A DNA stretch of 64,000 nt from Pseudomonadales bacterium. GTDB taxonomy: Bacteria; Pseudomonadota; Gammaproteobacteria; Pseudomonadales; Azotimanducaceae. The stretch is from the NCBI GenBank assembly GCA_965199705.1, contig OZ241359.1, forward strand, positions 1,183,584 through 1,247,583, in the 5' to 3' direction. The translations under genes and the position numbers were made by a program. Shown piece after piece: positions 63,788-64,000 of the stretch; the first letter of the stretch is position 1; the number at the start of each line of letters is the position of its first letter. The notes below the pieces were generated by a model. That model ran no database searches. It saw nothing but the letters and a program-made list of their open reading frames with translations, and was not told the origin of the DNA.

Positions 63788-64000
63788 ATGCCGGACAGTG
63801 TGACACTTCCGCCCGGCTTTGTCTTTGCGCTTGCCCGTGCGGGCAACTCTGGCAGGGTGGGCCTCATGGCCTGGCGTCAGCCGGAGCAGCTTCTGGAACC
63901 GCTGGCCGTGCTGAAATCGCTGGCTGACCAGGTGTCGCTGGTGCAGATGGCGGAGCCGTCCAGCGCGACGCCCGGCCAGAGGCCGGGCCTGCCGCAGCTG
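63788..64000 (+). CDS. hypothetical protein, 5' partial (runs off the window)
   Basis: Open frame from ATG 63788 to the window end (71 codons, MPDSVTLPPGFVFALARAGNSG...), GC3-rich. It is not in the track, presumably because it lacks a stop. Function unknown. Confidence 0.3.
   Translation, partial: MPDSVTLPPGFVFALARAGNSGRVGLMAWRQPEQLLEPLAVLKSLADQVSLVQMAEPSSATPGQRPGLPQL

Noticed and set aside
1-64000. rRNA, tRNA (including tRNA-Sec), CRISPR arrays and riboswitches
   Set aside because: No direct-repeat/spacer periodicity, cloverleaf-like segment or known riboswitch core was recognised by eye in any intergenic region. A proper scan (tRNAscan/Infernal) would be needed to exclude them formally.

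Overview
This is a Gram-negative (proteobacterial-type) chromosomal window made of two compositionally distinct parts.

(1) Positions 1 to ~22.1 kb form a lower-GC accessory/catabolic segment. My hand counts on sampled 60-nt lines give about 53-57% GC. It carries:
- three GST-family genes, two TetR regulators and two FAH-family hydrolases;
- an FAD aromatic-ring monooxygenase and an acyl-CoA synthetase;
- an MFS-FAH-cytochrome P450-PhyH operon;
- a TonB-dependent receptor-arylsulfatase-alpha/beta hydrolase-TetR operon.

The segment is littered with gene remnants: an MFS stub, an internally deleted haloalkane dehalogenase, an integrase stub and an AAA-ATPase stub. It also holds one copy of a 1,956-bp IS.

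(2) Positions ~22.2-64 kb are higher-GC (sampled ~62-67%), core-like DNA. Genes here are nudC, a Rieske oxygenase, a GMC oxidoreductase, korAB, an acyl-CoA dehydrogenase, nadA, a BepA-like protease, an Rpn nuclease and a TusA-like protein. They continue with an AI-2E transporter, a 1,046-aa TonB-dependent receptor, a squalene/phytoene-synthase-like gene and a MoxR-VWA-peptide ABC importer array. The part ends with two amidohydrolases, glutaminyl cyclase, the second IS copy, bactofilin and cysS.

Most notable observations:
- (a) A selenoprotein gene with a U-G-S-C (UxxC) motif. Its in-frame TGA at 35612 is followed by an fdhF-like SECIS hairpin, and it sits directly behind a 536-aa CPTC-thioredoxin fusion protein of unknown function.
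- (b) Two tandem small genes (29613-30100) encoding colicin-V-type double-glycine-leader peptides, with no exporter or immunity gene nearby.
- (c) An 11-G homopolymer inside the 5' end of the large TonB-dependent receptor gene.
- (d) A 74-bp repeat / MITE-like element family.
- (e) Two ~99.7%-identical IS copies in direct orientation bracketing 50.6 kb.

I recognised no rRNA, tRNA or CRISPR array. All family calls are motif recognition from memory; no database search was possible.
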